From: Saprospiraceae bacterium
GTDB lineage: Bacteria > Bacteroidota > Bacteroidia > Chitinophagales > Saprospiraceae
NCBI GenBank assembly: GCA_022844565.1
Contig: JALHLK010000007.1
Coordinates: 12,050 to 76,049 of the forward strand
DNA length: 64,000 nucleotides
Reading direction: 5' to 3'
In this document: positions 41,395 through 51,057 of the stretch, piece after piece
Numbering within the stretch: position 1 is the first letter of the stretch
How the letters are laid out: every line of letters starts with the position of its first letter
Notes under the pieces: model-generated
The model's input: only the letters and a program-made list of their open reading frames with translations
The model's database searches: none
Told to the model about the DNA's origin: nothing
Made by a program: the position numbers and the translations under genes

Positions 41395-42483
41395 ATGAAA
41401 GTAATGATAAGCACTTTATTATTTATACTGTTTTTTTCGAATTGTGTTATGACAGATCACAATACAGAAATCGTTAAGACCTCTGCAGAACCTACAAAAT
41501 TTGAAGGGAAAATGGTAATTTCTGATGATTTTGGAAAAACATGGACATCAATTGAGCCCAAAATCACCAATGACTTAGAAATAGCCACTGTCTCTTTCGA
41601 TGAAAAAAATATTTATATTGGTGCTGAGAAAGGTCAAGTAATCAGTATTGATCTTAAAGACAATAAAAATATAAAGCAAGAAAATACAATGACTGCAATA
41701 TTGAACAAAACCCCTGAAATGGGTAATAGAGTATATTCGATATTTTCTTGTCCATCGGGTCAATATGCTTTTACCGCTAATGCTGGTTTGTCTAGGAAGG
41801 CGAATAATGGAACCATTTGGCAACCTATTTCATTACCTGTTGGTGTTTATGATCTCAATGGTGTGGTAGAAGACACTAATGGAAATACATTTATATCTAC
41901 TAGTTTCGGAATATATCGTACCGACCAAATTGCAAAGAACTGGGTGAAAGTGTATAACTATGGGTTGACGAAGCAAATGTTTATTGCAAACGATAAAATT
42001 ATCGTAAATGGTTTAAATGGGATTTACCAATCTGAAAATGGAGGTAAAGACTGGGGTCCAATAGCGAATTTTAATGAAAAGTTTGGTGTAAATTCAAATA
42101 CTACTACCACTACATTATTTAAAAATGGTGAAAATCTTTACGTTTTCGGAAAAAACGAGGACAGTATGAACAATGCAATTCAAAATGGATCTTTGATTCA
42201 ACATTTACAAGGTAATAAATTATTATTTTCTAAAGATTTTGGAGCAACATGGGCAAGTCATCCCGCTGAACATTATTTGAAAGGTCAAAATAATCTACAG
42301 TCTATCGCAATAGATGGGGATAAAATTTACTGTGTTGTAGATAATGAATTGAAAATTTCAAAAGATAATGGCTCAAATTGGGAAACCATTTTAACAATGG
42401 ATAAAAGAGAGCAAAATGAGTCATTCAGACTTTTTGTAGCTGAGGGTAGATTAATTTGTTTTAAGACATTGGCTGGCTGTTAA
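41395..42483 (+). CDS. BNR/Asp-box beta-propeller lipoprotein
   Basis: SDDFGKTW, SENGGKDW, SKDFGATW and SKDNGSNW Asp-boxes; FSNC lipobox. Confidence 0.8.
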   Translation: MKVMISTLLFILFFSNCVMTDHNTEIVKTSAEPTKFEGKMVISDDFGKTWTSIEPKITNDLEIATVSFDEKNIYIGAEKGQVISIDLKDNKNIKQENTMTAILNKTPEMGNRVYSIFSCPSGQYAFTANAGLSRKANNGTIWQPISLPVGVYDLNGVVEDTNGNTFISTSFGIYRTDQIAKNWVKVYNYGLTKQMFIANDKIIVNGLNGIYQSENGGKDWGPIANFNEKFGVNSNTTTTTLFKNGENLYVFGKNEDSMNNAIQNGSLIQHLQGNKLLFSKDFGATWASHPAEHYLKGQNNLQSIAIDGDKIYCVVDNELKISKDNGSNWETILTMDKREQNESFRLFVAEGRLICFKTLAGC

Positions 42484-42595
42484 TATACTTTCGATCGTAA
42501 AGAAAGTTTGAGGTCATTGCAGAGCGACGCTCAATCCGACAAATATAAAATAAAACCTCAAAGAAAGTATAAACCATAAAAGCAAATTCTGACAA

Positions 42596-43636
42596 ATGCA
42601 AGTTTTTACTTTTCTGACAATACTACTTTTGGGGACTGCCTGCAATGGACGAGTTAAAAAAGATTTGCCAAAAGAAAAGTATGATTCAAAGCTAATAGAA
42701 AGTATAGAAAATGGCATTGTTCAACGTTTCCTACAGGACAAATCTGGTAACCTTTGGTTCGGAACCACAGATAATGGACTTTATAAGTATGACGGAAAAT
42801 CTTTTAACCAATTTACAACAAAAGATGGGCTAGATTGTAATAAAATTTATTGCATTTTGGAAGATAAAGATGGTAAAATTTGGGTGGGTACTGAAGTAGG
42901 GCTTTGTCTTTACGATGGAAAGGCATTTTCCAAAATTCAGATTCCTTTACCAAAAAATCTGCCTCCTAATATGAACCCTTACTATCAAACCCACTGGGTA
43001 TACAATATGTTACAAGCAAAAAACGGGAAACTATGGTTTGTAACTATTGATGGTGTCTATATTTACGATGGCAAATCTTTTACACATTTCCCAATTAATG
43101 AAGCTCCAAATGGCTTTTTGACCAGTAATGATAAGGTGGAACGCATTTTAGAAGATAATGCAGGTAACATTTGGCTAGGTGGACGAACGAATGAAGGTGT
43201 TTTTCATTACGATGGAAAATCTGTAACCAACCTCAAACCAATGGATTTATTTCAAGATGGACCAAAGCCAAAAGCTCATAATTGGGGGTGGCCTCAATTG
43301 CAAGACAAAAACGGAAATCTTTGGTTTAGCAATTGGGGTGGTGCCTACCGTTATGATGGAAAAACATTTACAAGTTTTACAACAAAAGATGGGTTGCCAA
43401 GCGAAGTTACCCGAATTATTGAAGACAAAAAGGGAAATCTATGGTTTGGTGCTAGTGATGGACTTAGACGGTACGATGGTAAAACTTTTACCTACTTTAA
43501 AGATGGGCTAATCAATCCCTGGATTTGGGAAATCTTGGAAGATAAAAATGGAAATCTTTGGGTGGGGACTAGAGAATCAGGTCTCTACTTTTTCGATGGA
43601 AAAGTATTTATTAGTTATTCAGAATATAAACAATAG
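42596..43636 (+). CDS. Secreted beta-propeller lipoprotein (two-component regulator propeller repeats)
   Basis: GTAC lipobox; repeated QDKxGNLWFG...YDGKSF. Confidence 0.85.
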   Translation: MQVFTFLTILLLGTACNGRVKKDLPKEKYDSKLIESIENGIVQRFLQDKSGNLWFGTTDNGLYKYDGKSFNQFTTKDGLDCNKIYCILEDKDGKIWVGTEVGLCLYDGKAFSKIQIPLPKNLPPNMNPYYQTHWVYNMLQAKNGKLWFVTIDGVYIYDGKSFTHFPINEAPNGFLTSNDKVERILEDNAGNIWLGGRTNEGVFHYDGKSVTNLKPMDLFQDGPKPKAHNWGWPQLQDKNGNLWFSNWGGAYRYDGKTFTSFTTKDGLPSEVTRIIEDKKGNLWFGASDGLRRYDGKTFTYFKDGLINPWIWEILEDKNGNLWVGTRESGLYFFDGKVFISYSEYKQ

Positions 43637-43929
43637 CCTTCAATGAACTAACAAACAAAATTTGCAACAACAAAAAAAGTGAATAAAAGTAACGAACAGC
43701 TAAGATGAAAATTGCTGCAAGCGTAGCTGAATGCGATTATCTTTGGTTGTACTTCTAAAGCAGTAGCAGTTACGGAGGACGGAATTCAGTAGAACTTTTT
43801 GTTCTTATCTTGTGCTTTAAAATCTTTATTGAACAACAATTTCAGGCCAGACATAATTTATTCCACAACTGTTTAACAATAATTGGACGTTAATTTTTTA
43901 AAATACAAAGACAAAAAAACTAATTTAAT

Positions 43930-44892
43930 TTGAAATTAATAATAAACATAAAAGTAGGTTTGATAAGCTTATTTATCATAGGAATGGGTTATCCAACTTT
44001 TGCCCAACAAAATAGTAAAAAAGAAATTCTTTGGACTGCAGATTGGAGTCCTGATAATAGGTACATCGCTGTAGGAGGAGATATCGGTGTATTAAACATT
44101 TACAAAGCAAAGGATCTCCAATTATTCAAAATTGTGCCTATTCACAATACTTTAACTCGTATCAAATGGCATCCAACTAAGAATATCCTAGCTATTGCGA
44201 CACAAAATTCACTAGATAAATGTCACCTACTCAATTTGGATACGAATGAAAAAATAGAATTGAGTGATATTGCACCTGAAGGAGCAAGAAGTATAGATTG
44301 GAACCACACTGGCGAATATGTAGCAGTAGGGGATAATGATGGTCAAATCAAAGTTTTTGATGTGTCTGGTAAACTGATAACTTCCATTCCAAAAGTTAGC
44401 AAGAGTATCACTGCACTTGCCTGGCATCCAAAGAAAAATTTGTTTGTTATCGTGTCTAATGAAATCCAAATTTTTGATATTAAGGGAAAACATATCAAAA
44501 CCATAATACATAGGCCAGAAGATGTATTAATCTTAAGCGTTGTTTGGCATAAAACTGGTAATTTTTTTGTGACAGGCGATTATGGATATGAAAATATAAA
44601 GTCTAAATTGCAATATTGGTCAGAAGATGGAAAACTTCTACATACTTCTGATATCAGTAAAGGTGAATACCGTAATTTAAGTTGGAATCGTGAAGGAACA
44701 AAACTAGCCTCAGCAAGCGATGCACTAAGAATTTGGGATAAGAAAGGAAATCTACTCAATGAAAATGGTATAAATGAATATTTGTGGGGCGTTGCATGGA
44801 ATAAAAAAGGAAATCGAATTATCACATCTAGCATAGCTCAGCGTATAACTTTATGGAATGAGAGGGCTAAAATTTTACAAAATATTAAGTGA
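43930..44892 (+). CDS. Secreted WD40-repeat protein
   Basis: Signal peptide; repeated WSPD/WHP/WNH motifs and LASASD...IWD. Confidence 0.85.
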   Translation: MKLIINIKVGLISLFIIGMGYPTFAQQNSKKEILWTADWSPDNRYIAVGGDIGVLNIYKAKDLQLFKIVPIHNTLTRIKWHPTKNILAIATQNSLDKCHLLNLDTNEKIELSDIAPEGARSIDWNHTGEYVAVGDNDGQIKVFDVSGKLITSIPKVSKSITALAWHPKKNLFVIVSNEIQIFDIKGKHIKTIIHRPEDVLILSVVWHKTGNFFVTGDYGYENIKSKLQYWSEDGKLLHTSDISKGEYRNLSWNREGTKLASASDALRIWDKKGNLLNENGINEYLWGVAWNKKGNRIITSSIAQRITLWNERAKILQNIK

Positions 44893-45001
44893 GATGTTTA
44901 GTGGTCCCTTCTTTTAAAAATGTAACAGTTGTTCTGAAGGAAAAATGATTTGTATTTGCTGAAGGATAGGGTTTTAAAAGTACAGAAAAAATAAAGGAAA
45001 A

Positions 45002-45605
45002 ATGATTTCAAAAGTTTTAAAGAGTTTAATGATTTACAAAAGAATACAAATTTTTTTGTGTTTTACACTTTTCTTAGGTTGCACAAATAAAGTTATCTCT
45101 ACAAATTCAGGATTAAAATATACAATTTTGACAAAAGGTACTGGGCTAAAAGCTAAATCTGGTGATGAAGTCTACATATTTGAAACAACATCCTACCGAA
45201 ATGGTACTGAGCTATATTCAAATTTTAACTCTAAAACTCCGGTTAAACCCAAATTGGTCATTAGAACTTTGTCATGAGGGGTTAAAGTGCAATAAAATAA
45301 GACATTTTACCGACTGAAGCATAGCATCGCTATGGTAAAGGAGGAAAATGGAGTGAAACGCCTTATTTTGAAGCAATTTAACTCCGTAATAAATTTTCTA
45401 ATGACCAATTTGGGTTAAAGTACTCATAGGTGGAAATCAGGCCACAACAGCAGTAGATGAAGGTCTAAGGGGTATGCGAATAGGTGAAGTTAGAGAGCTT
45501 TTTGCACCATCATATTTAGTAAAAAGGAAAGGTTATCCTCCAAATGTTTCTCCTGACTCGAGTTTAGTCATTAAAATTAGACTTACAGGTATTGTAAGAA
45601 GTTGA
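45002..45605 (+). pseudogene. FKBP-type peptidyl-prolyl isomerase interrupted by a MITE
   Basis: SGLKYTILTKGTG.KAKSGD precedes the insertion. Removing 172 bp restores ...TPVKVLIGGNQATTAVDEGLRGMRIGEVRELFAPSYLVKRKGYPPNVSPDSSLVIKIRLTGIVRS*. Confidence 0.85.
45247..45415. mobile_element. MITE (169 bp) with perfect 20-bp TIR
   Basis: ACCCAAATTGGTCATTAGAA / TTCTAATGACCAATTTGGGT, flanked by TAA on both sides; central CATAGCATCGCTATG. Confidence 0.9.
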
Positions 45606-45675
45606 CTATATCTTGGCCGTAGAAAGTCCATTTTGATCAATTTAATTTTTTGACACAGGTTTTATGCCAAAATTA

Positions 45676-47205
45676 TCAAAAATCAGTACTTAAAATCCCC
45701 ATTAACATTTTAACTCCATTCACATAATTGCCTAATCTCAGGTTTTCATCAAATGAATGTTGGTTGTTATCAGAATTGACAGTTGGGAGTGTAATGGCTT
45801 CAACCTTTAATAAAGAAACAAACGGAGAAATAGGAAGTGAGCCGCCCATTAAAGGCAGTTTAAGAACTTTTTCGGTTGAAGTCTTGGAAATTGCTTTTTC
45901 TAGCCATTTTGCCATTGGTCCATTAACATCTGAGCTGAATGCACCATACGGAGGTCTAACATTTAAACTAATGATTTTATCATATTTTGCTCGTTGCTCA
46001 GGGGTTGGGTCTCCATCTATAATGTGATATCCTTGATTTGTAATATGGGATTTCAACTTCCGAAGGAGAGAATCGGGGTGTGATTGGGTGACCGTACGTA
46101 TATCAATTTCAGTTATTGCACGTTCAGGTACGATCGTTCCGGCTTTATCAGCTACTCCACCTGATTTAAGTCCTCTTATGTTGAGGCTAGGATACATCAG
46201 TGCTTCTCGGTAGGAGTCTCCGACTTTATCAGTAGCTTTAATGCCTAATCTTTTATGAAGCTCAGGAATATTGTCAGGTATTGATTTTAAATATGCTTTA
46301 GTTGATTTATCGATGTTGATACCATCATAAAAACCTTTAAGAAGTACTTTGCCATCTTCTGATTTCATGGTAGATAACAGTTTGACCATATTCCAAGCAG
46401 GATTTGGCACATAATTGCCATAATGCCCACTATGCAAATCACTGTATGCACCAAAAGTAGTAAGTGTGACAGTCAGTATACCTCTAGCACCAAAAGATAA
46501 TGTCGGCAAATTGGAGTCATGAGCTGGACCATCAAGTATTAAAAGTAGATCAGACTTAAGGACTTCTTTGTTTTCTTTTATGATAGAAGGCAAATTGACC
46601 GAACCTTTTTCTTCTTCAAAATCTACGAGTATCTTAATATGGTAGTTGGCGTTGATATTTTGACTTTTTAGTGCGTCGATTGCAGTCATTAGCATGATAC
46701 CTGGGCTTTTATCATCTGAAGCTGCTCTTGCGAAAATCCTCCATTCAGGGTTAAAATCATTTTGAAGTGACTCAAATGGTATTTCTTTCCATTCTTTTGT
46801 CTTTGGATCTTGGGCTTTTAGCACAGGAGTGAATGGATCTGCTTGCTTCCATTCAGAAGCATTGACAGGTTGCCCATCGGAGTGAAAATAAAACATGATG
46901 GTCTTTGCTGATGGATTGGAAGAAGTCTTTTGTAATAAAAGTACGGGGATGGTGGAAGTTTCAAGCCTTTTAGTCGAAAAGCCTCTTGTGGCAAATTGAC
47001 GCTCTACCCAATCTACATTTTTTAAAATATCTTCTTTAAAATTGGCATCGCAGGGTAAGGAAAGGTATTCTCTTAATGTCGGGATTGACTTTAATGCAAA
47101 TTCTTTTGAAATTTTATCATAATTAAGCTGTTGAGCTGGTAACCATACGAATCCTAACATAAAAAAAAGAAAGAGATAGAGATGGTTTAATTGTAACCTT
47201 TTCAT
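45676..47205 (-). CDS. M20/M25/M40 family metallopeptidase
   Basis: HSDGQP, ARAASDDK, FEEEKGS, DLHSGHYG and NQHSFDENL motifs. Confidence 0.9.
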   Translation of the reverse strand: MKRLQLNHLYLFLFFMLGFVWLPAQQLNYDKISKEFALKSIPTLREYLSLPCDANFKEDILKNVDWVERQFATRGFSTKRLETSTIPVLLLQKTSSNPSAKTIMFYFHSDGQPVNASEWKQADPFTPVLKAQDPKTKEWKEIPFESLQNDFNPEWRIFARAASDDKSPGIMLMTAIDALKSQNINANYHIKILVDFEEEKGSVNLPSIIKENKEVLKSDLLLILDGPAHDSNLPTLSFGARGILTVTLTTFGAYSDLHSGHYGNYVPNPAWNMVKLLSTMKSEDGKVLLKGFYDGINIDKSTKAYLKSIPDNIPELHKRLGIKATDKVGDSYREALMYPSLNIRGLKSGGVADKAGTIVPERAITEIDIRTVTQSHPDSLLRKLKSHITNQGYHIIDGDPTPEQRAKYDKIISLNVRPPYGAFSSDVNGPMAKWLEKAISKTSTEKVLKLPLMGGSLPISPFVSLLKVEAITLPTVNSDNNQHSFDENLRLGNYVNGVKMLMGILSTDF

Positions 47206-47238
47206 TAATAAGTTTTAAATAGATTATGAGAAAGGGGC

Positions 47239-47276
47239 AAAAAAAAAACAGGATGCAGAATAAATTCCGCACCCTG
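47239..47276 (-). terminator. Rho-independent terminator after ftsH
   Basis: CAGGATGCAGAA...TTCCGCACCCTG stem next to an A tract (U tract on the minus strand). Confidence 0.55.
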
Positions 47277-47401
47277 CATAACCCCAAAAAACCAATTGAA
47301 AATTGTCTCTTTATGTTTTCGGTACTGCAAATGTACTATATAAATTAGGTTATATCCAAACTTTTTTGTGTGTATTTACAAATTATTAACAAATATATAA
47401 C

Positions 47402-49324
47402 CTAAAGTGTTGAAATCGGAACATGATGGTCTAAAATAGGGAATGGTCTTGGACCAATAAGCTTCTCTACGTCACTTTTTAAGAGCACTTCTTTCTCAAT
47501 CAATGTGTGTGCAAGTTGGCTTAACTCTTCTCTTCTCTCCATCAATAATTCTTGAGCACGTAAATACTGAGACTCTATTAACTTCCTTACTTCTTCATCA
47601 ATTAATGTGGCTGTATTATCAGAAAATGGTTTTTGGAAAGAATCTTGTGACAATCCATGAAAAGATACATTTCCTACTTTTTCATTCATACCAAATATAG
47701 ATATCATACTGTATGCCATTTTTGTCACTTGGTCAAGGTCACTTTGAGCACCTGTGGATATTTTATTGAATATAATTTTTTCTGCAGCTCTACCACCTAA
47801 AGTCATACACATTCGATCAAGGAGCTGTTCAGTCCGTGTGATATACTCTTCTTTAGGTAAATACTGTGCATAGCCCAAAGTCCCTACACCTCTTGGTACG
47901 ATGGTAACTTTAACAAGTGGACTAGCAAATTCCAAAAACCAACCACACACTGCATGGCCTGCTTCATGGTAGGCAATGATTTCTTTTTCTCGTGGTGAGA
48001 TCAGTTTATTCTTCTTCTCTAGACCACCGATTACTCTATCTAAAGCAAAATTGAAGTCATCCATCTCAACCGCAGTTTTGCCTCTTCTCGCTGCAACTAA
48101 AGCTGCCTCATTACATACGTTGGCAATTTCTGCACCCGCAAAACCAGGAGTCATTTCTGCCAATATTCTTGGATCCATATCGGGACCAACGGTAATACCT
48201 TTCAAATGTACTTTAAATATAGCTTCTCTTCCGATGATGTCAGGTCGATCTACCGATATCAATCTATCAAATCTTCCTGGACGCATTAAAGCACTGTCCA
48301 AAACATCAGCACGGTTTGTGGCTGCCATCAAGATTACACCTTTATCTGTGCTAAAACCATCCATTTCAACCAATAATTGGTTAAGTGTATTTTCTCTTTC
48401 ATCATTACCTCCTTGTAAAGCGTTTTTGCCTCTTGCTCGCCCGATTGCATCAATTTCGTCAATAAACACAATACAAGGGGCTTTATCTCTTGCTTGCTTA
48501 AACAAATCTCTCACTCTAGAAGCGCCTACTCCTACAAACATCTCAACAAAGTCCGAACCTGATATGGAGAAAAAAGGTACGCCTGCTTCACCAGCTACCG
48601 CTTTAGCAAGCAATGTCTTACCTGTTCCCGGAGGGCCAACAAGAAGTACTCCTTTTGGGATCTTACCACCAAGAGTTGTATATTTTTTAGGGTTCTTGAG
48701 GAAATCAACTACTTCAACTACCTCTTCTTTTGCTTCGTCAAGGCCTGCAACATCTTTAAAAGTTACATTTACCTTGCTTGTGTCAAATAAGGTAGCCTTT
48801 GATTTTCCAATATTAAATATTTGACCACCAGGTCCACCACCTCCAGGTCCACCCATTCTTCTCATGATCAAAATCCATATACCTACAAGAAAGATGATAG
48901 GTAATAAATTCCAAAATAGGTTTCGGAAAAGGGAATTGCTTTCCTTTACTTCAATTCTAAAATCATTTTTTGATTTTAGATCTCTTAAGCTTTGGTCAAA
49001 ATTTTCTGGAGACAACAGTTTAAATTTATACTGCGGTACTGTCTTAGCGATGGTCTTGTCTTTAAATGTAGTTAGGTAAGGTTCTCTTTTTAATGCTTCA
49101 TCTTTTAAGTAAACTTGCACTAAGTTTTTATCCAATATCTCTATTCTATCAACGGCACTGTCAGCAGCCATTTTTTCAAACTCAGCTTCTGTGATGTCAA
49201 CAGTTGTTCCGCCTGTCATCCAGGTAATTAGCTGAAGTGCTATAATAATTGTGAGAAAAATAGCATAAATCCAGTAAGAATTCTTTTGGAATTTCTTTGG
49301 TTTATTTTCATTATTATTTTCCAT
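47402..49324 (-). CDS. ftsH: ATP-dependent zinc metalloprotease FtsH
   Basis: Two TMs, GPPGTGKT, DEIDA, RPGRFDR and HEAGH motifs. Confidence 0.97.
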   Translation of the reverse strand: MENNNENKPKKFQKNSYWIYAIFLTIIIALQLITWMTGGTTVDITEAEFEKMAADSAVDRIEILDKNLVQVYLKDEALKREPYLTTFKDKTIAKTVPQYKFKLLSPENFDQSLRDLKSKNDFRIEVKESNSLFRNLFWNLLPIIFLVGIWILIMRRMGGPGGGGPGGQIFNIGKSKATLFDTSKVNVTFKDVAGLDEAKEEVVEVVDFLKNPKKYTTLGGKIPKGVLLVGPPGTGKTLLAKAVAGEAGVPFFSISGSDFVEMFVGVGASRVRDLFKQARDKAPCIVFIDEIDAIGRARGKNALQGGNDERENTLNQLLVEMDGFSTDKGVILMAATNRADVLDSALMRPGRFDRLISVDRPDIIGREAIFKVHLKGITVGPDMDPRILAEMTPGFAGAEIANVCNEAALVAARRGKTAVEMDDFNFALDRVIGGLEKKNKLISPREKEIIAYHEAGHAVCGWFLEFASPLVKVTIVPRGVGTLGYAQYLPKEEYITRTEQLLDRMCMTLGGRAAEKIIFNKISTGAQSDLDQVTKMAYSMISIFGMNEKVGNVSFHGLSQDSFQKPFSDNTATLIDEEVRKLIESQYLRAQELLMERREELSQLAHTLIEKEVLLKSDVEKLIGPRPFPILDHHVPISTL

Positions 49325-49372
49325 TATTTTTTTCTAGTTAGTGTATTTTTTTGTAAAATTACAAGGTAAGGT

Positions 49373-49756
49373 TTATAAATTATTGTAAGTAGTAACACGA
49401 GCATCACTCCAAAGTTCTTCAAGACCGTAATGTTCTCTTGATTCTGGATAAAAGACGTGGACGATTGTATCAAAATAATCTACTAAAACCCACTTACAAG
49501 AAGCGAGCCCCTCTACATGGTTAGGATGAACATTTAGTGTATCTCTAACCTTTCTTTTTATACTTTCTGAAATAGCTCTTATCTGTGTAGTAGAATCACC
49601 TTCACAAATAATAAAACAAGATGTTGGTGCATCATCTAGGTATTTTAAATCGAGCTTGATTATATTTTTACCTTTTATGTCTTGGATTGCATCGATAATT
49701 AGGTTATTTAATATCTCTGCTTGTGTTAAATTAGTTATTCTTAATTTTGATGTCAA
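49373..49756 (-). CDS. rsfS: Ribosome silencing factor
   Basis: DIKGKNI..LDL, WVLVDY and VHVF...REHYGLEELW motifs. Start uncertain; TTG at 49756 chosen. Confidence 0.88.
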   Translation of the reverse strand: MTSKLRITNLTQAEILNNLIIDAIQDIKGKNIIKLDLKYLDDAPTSCFIICEGDSTTQIRAISESIKRKVRDTLNVHPNHVEGLASCKWVLVDYFDTIVHVFYPESREHYGLEELWSDARVTTYNNL

Positions 49757-50007
49757 ATTTATAATCTTTAAATTAATGTCTATAAGTATTCTTGGGTAGT
49801 CTTTTATGTTTTGTGACTCAAAGATACAATTTTTCAAGTTTTTTTATTAATTAATTGTATTTAGCATTGTTTTGTTGTAGATTTTCATTTAAATATAGTA
49901 TAAGAAACATAAATTTACAACCTATTTCATACTCAATTTCATTCATTTTATCCTCAAGTTAGCAATACGATATCAAAACTTATTTAAAAAATCAATAAAA
50001 ATTTTAT

Positions 50008-50751
50008 ATGTCCACTTTTGGGAAAATTCATTTTCACTTCGAAACGATTACCTCCACTAATGACTATGCTATCCAACTATTATCAAAAACCTCTCCAATC
50101 GAAGGTACTGCCATTTCTGCAGATTTTCAGTCCCATGGCAAAGGTCAATTTGACAGAAAGTGGGAAGGAAACAAGCGCGAAAATATTGCAGTGACAGTTG
50201 TCCTCAAGCCACAATACTTAGCGATACAAGAGCAATATTTTCTAAATAAAGCTATTGCCCTATCTGTTTATCAAACAATATCGTCTTTTATTCCTGCAAA
50301 TGTTATCAAAATCAAATGGCCAAATGATATTTTTGTGGAAGATAAAAAAATAGCAGGAATATTGATCCAAAATATTATTCAAGGTGCAAATTTTAAATAT
50401 TCAATTGTTGGCATGGGGATCAATGTTTTACAAATGAAATGGGATACGGTAGAAAATGAACCTACTTCGATCAAATTGTATAATACTTCTATTGAAAATC
50501 CTCATGAGTTATTTCAAATTCTTTTTAATCACCTAGATTTTTATGTCAACCAAGTAAAGCAAAAGGAATATGATGTATTGGAAAGAGAATATAACGAAAA
50601 GCTTTATTTAAAAGGGGAAACGGCCATGTTTTTGGTAGACAATAAACAGATGGAAGGGATTATCAAAAGTGTAAATAGTTTTGGACAACTATGTTTAGAA
50701 ATAGAAAGTGAAATTCACTTTATTGACCATGGGACCATAAAATATCTATGA
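50008..50751 (+). CDS. birA: Biotin--[acetyl-CoA-carboxylase] ligase
   Basis: STND, QSHGKGQ, KWPND and KKIAGILI motifs; no N-terminal HTH. Confidence 0.92.
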   Translation: MSTFGKIHFHFETITSTNDYAIQLLSKTSPIEGTAISADFQSHGKGQFDRKWEGNKRENIAVTVVLKPQYLAIQEQYFLNKAIALSVYQTISSFIPANVIKIKWPNDIFVEDKKIAGILIQNIIQGANFKYSIVGMGINVLQMKWDTVENEPTSIKLYNTSIENPHELFQILFNHLDFYVNQVKQKEYDVLEREYNEKLYLKGETAMFLVDNKQMEGIIKSVNSFGQLCLEIESEIHFIDHGTIKYL

Positions 50752-50807
50752 GATTCAATTTTTTTTATAATAATTACTAAAATTAGTCTAATTTTGCATA
50801 ACATCTA

Positions 50808-51028
50808 TAGTGCTCTTTCATGATTAAGACTTAAAACTAAAATGGGAGTAATTTTTTTCAAATGTCAAGATGAAGAGCGTTAAGAAATCGTCTCAAATGA
50901 TTTTAGCTCGGAACTTTGGCCTCGTGCCACCGCTACTTCAATGATAGCTCCGCTACGATGAGAGTTTTTAACGCAGAGATTTGGAAAGAATGACATTTAA
51001 TTAAGATTTTTATCTTGACAAAGTACTA
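50808..51028. mobile_element. MITE-like fold-back element (TA-flanked)
   Basis: Imperfect TIR TAGTGCTCTTTCATGATTAAGA / TTTTTATCTTGACAAAGTACTA; inner arms GCGTTAAGAA / TTTTTAACGC; ATAGCTCCGCTAC hairpin at 50944. Confidence 0.6.
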
Positions 51029-51057
51029 GTATTTTTTCAAAAGAATAATTCAATAAA

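Noticed and set aside
47976..48824. 282-aa ORF antisense to ftsH
   Set aside because: Typical shadow ORF of a conserved AAA+ gene.
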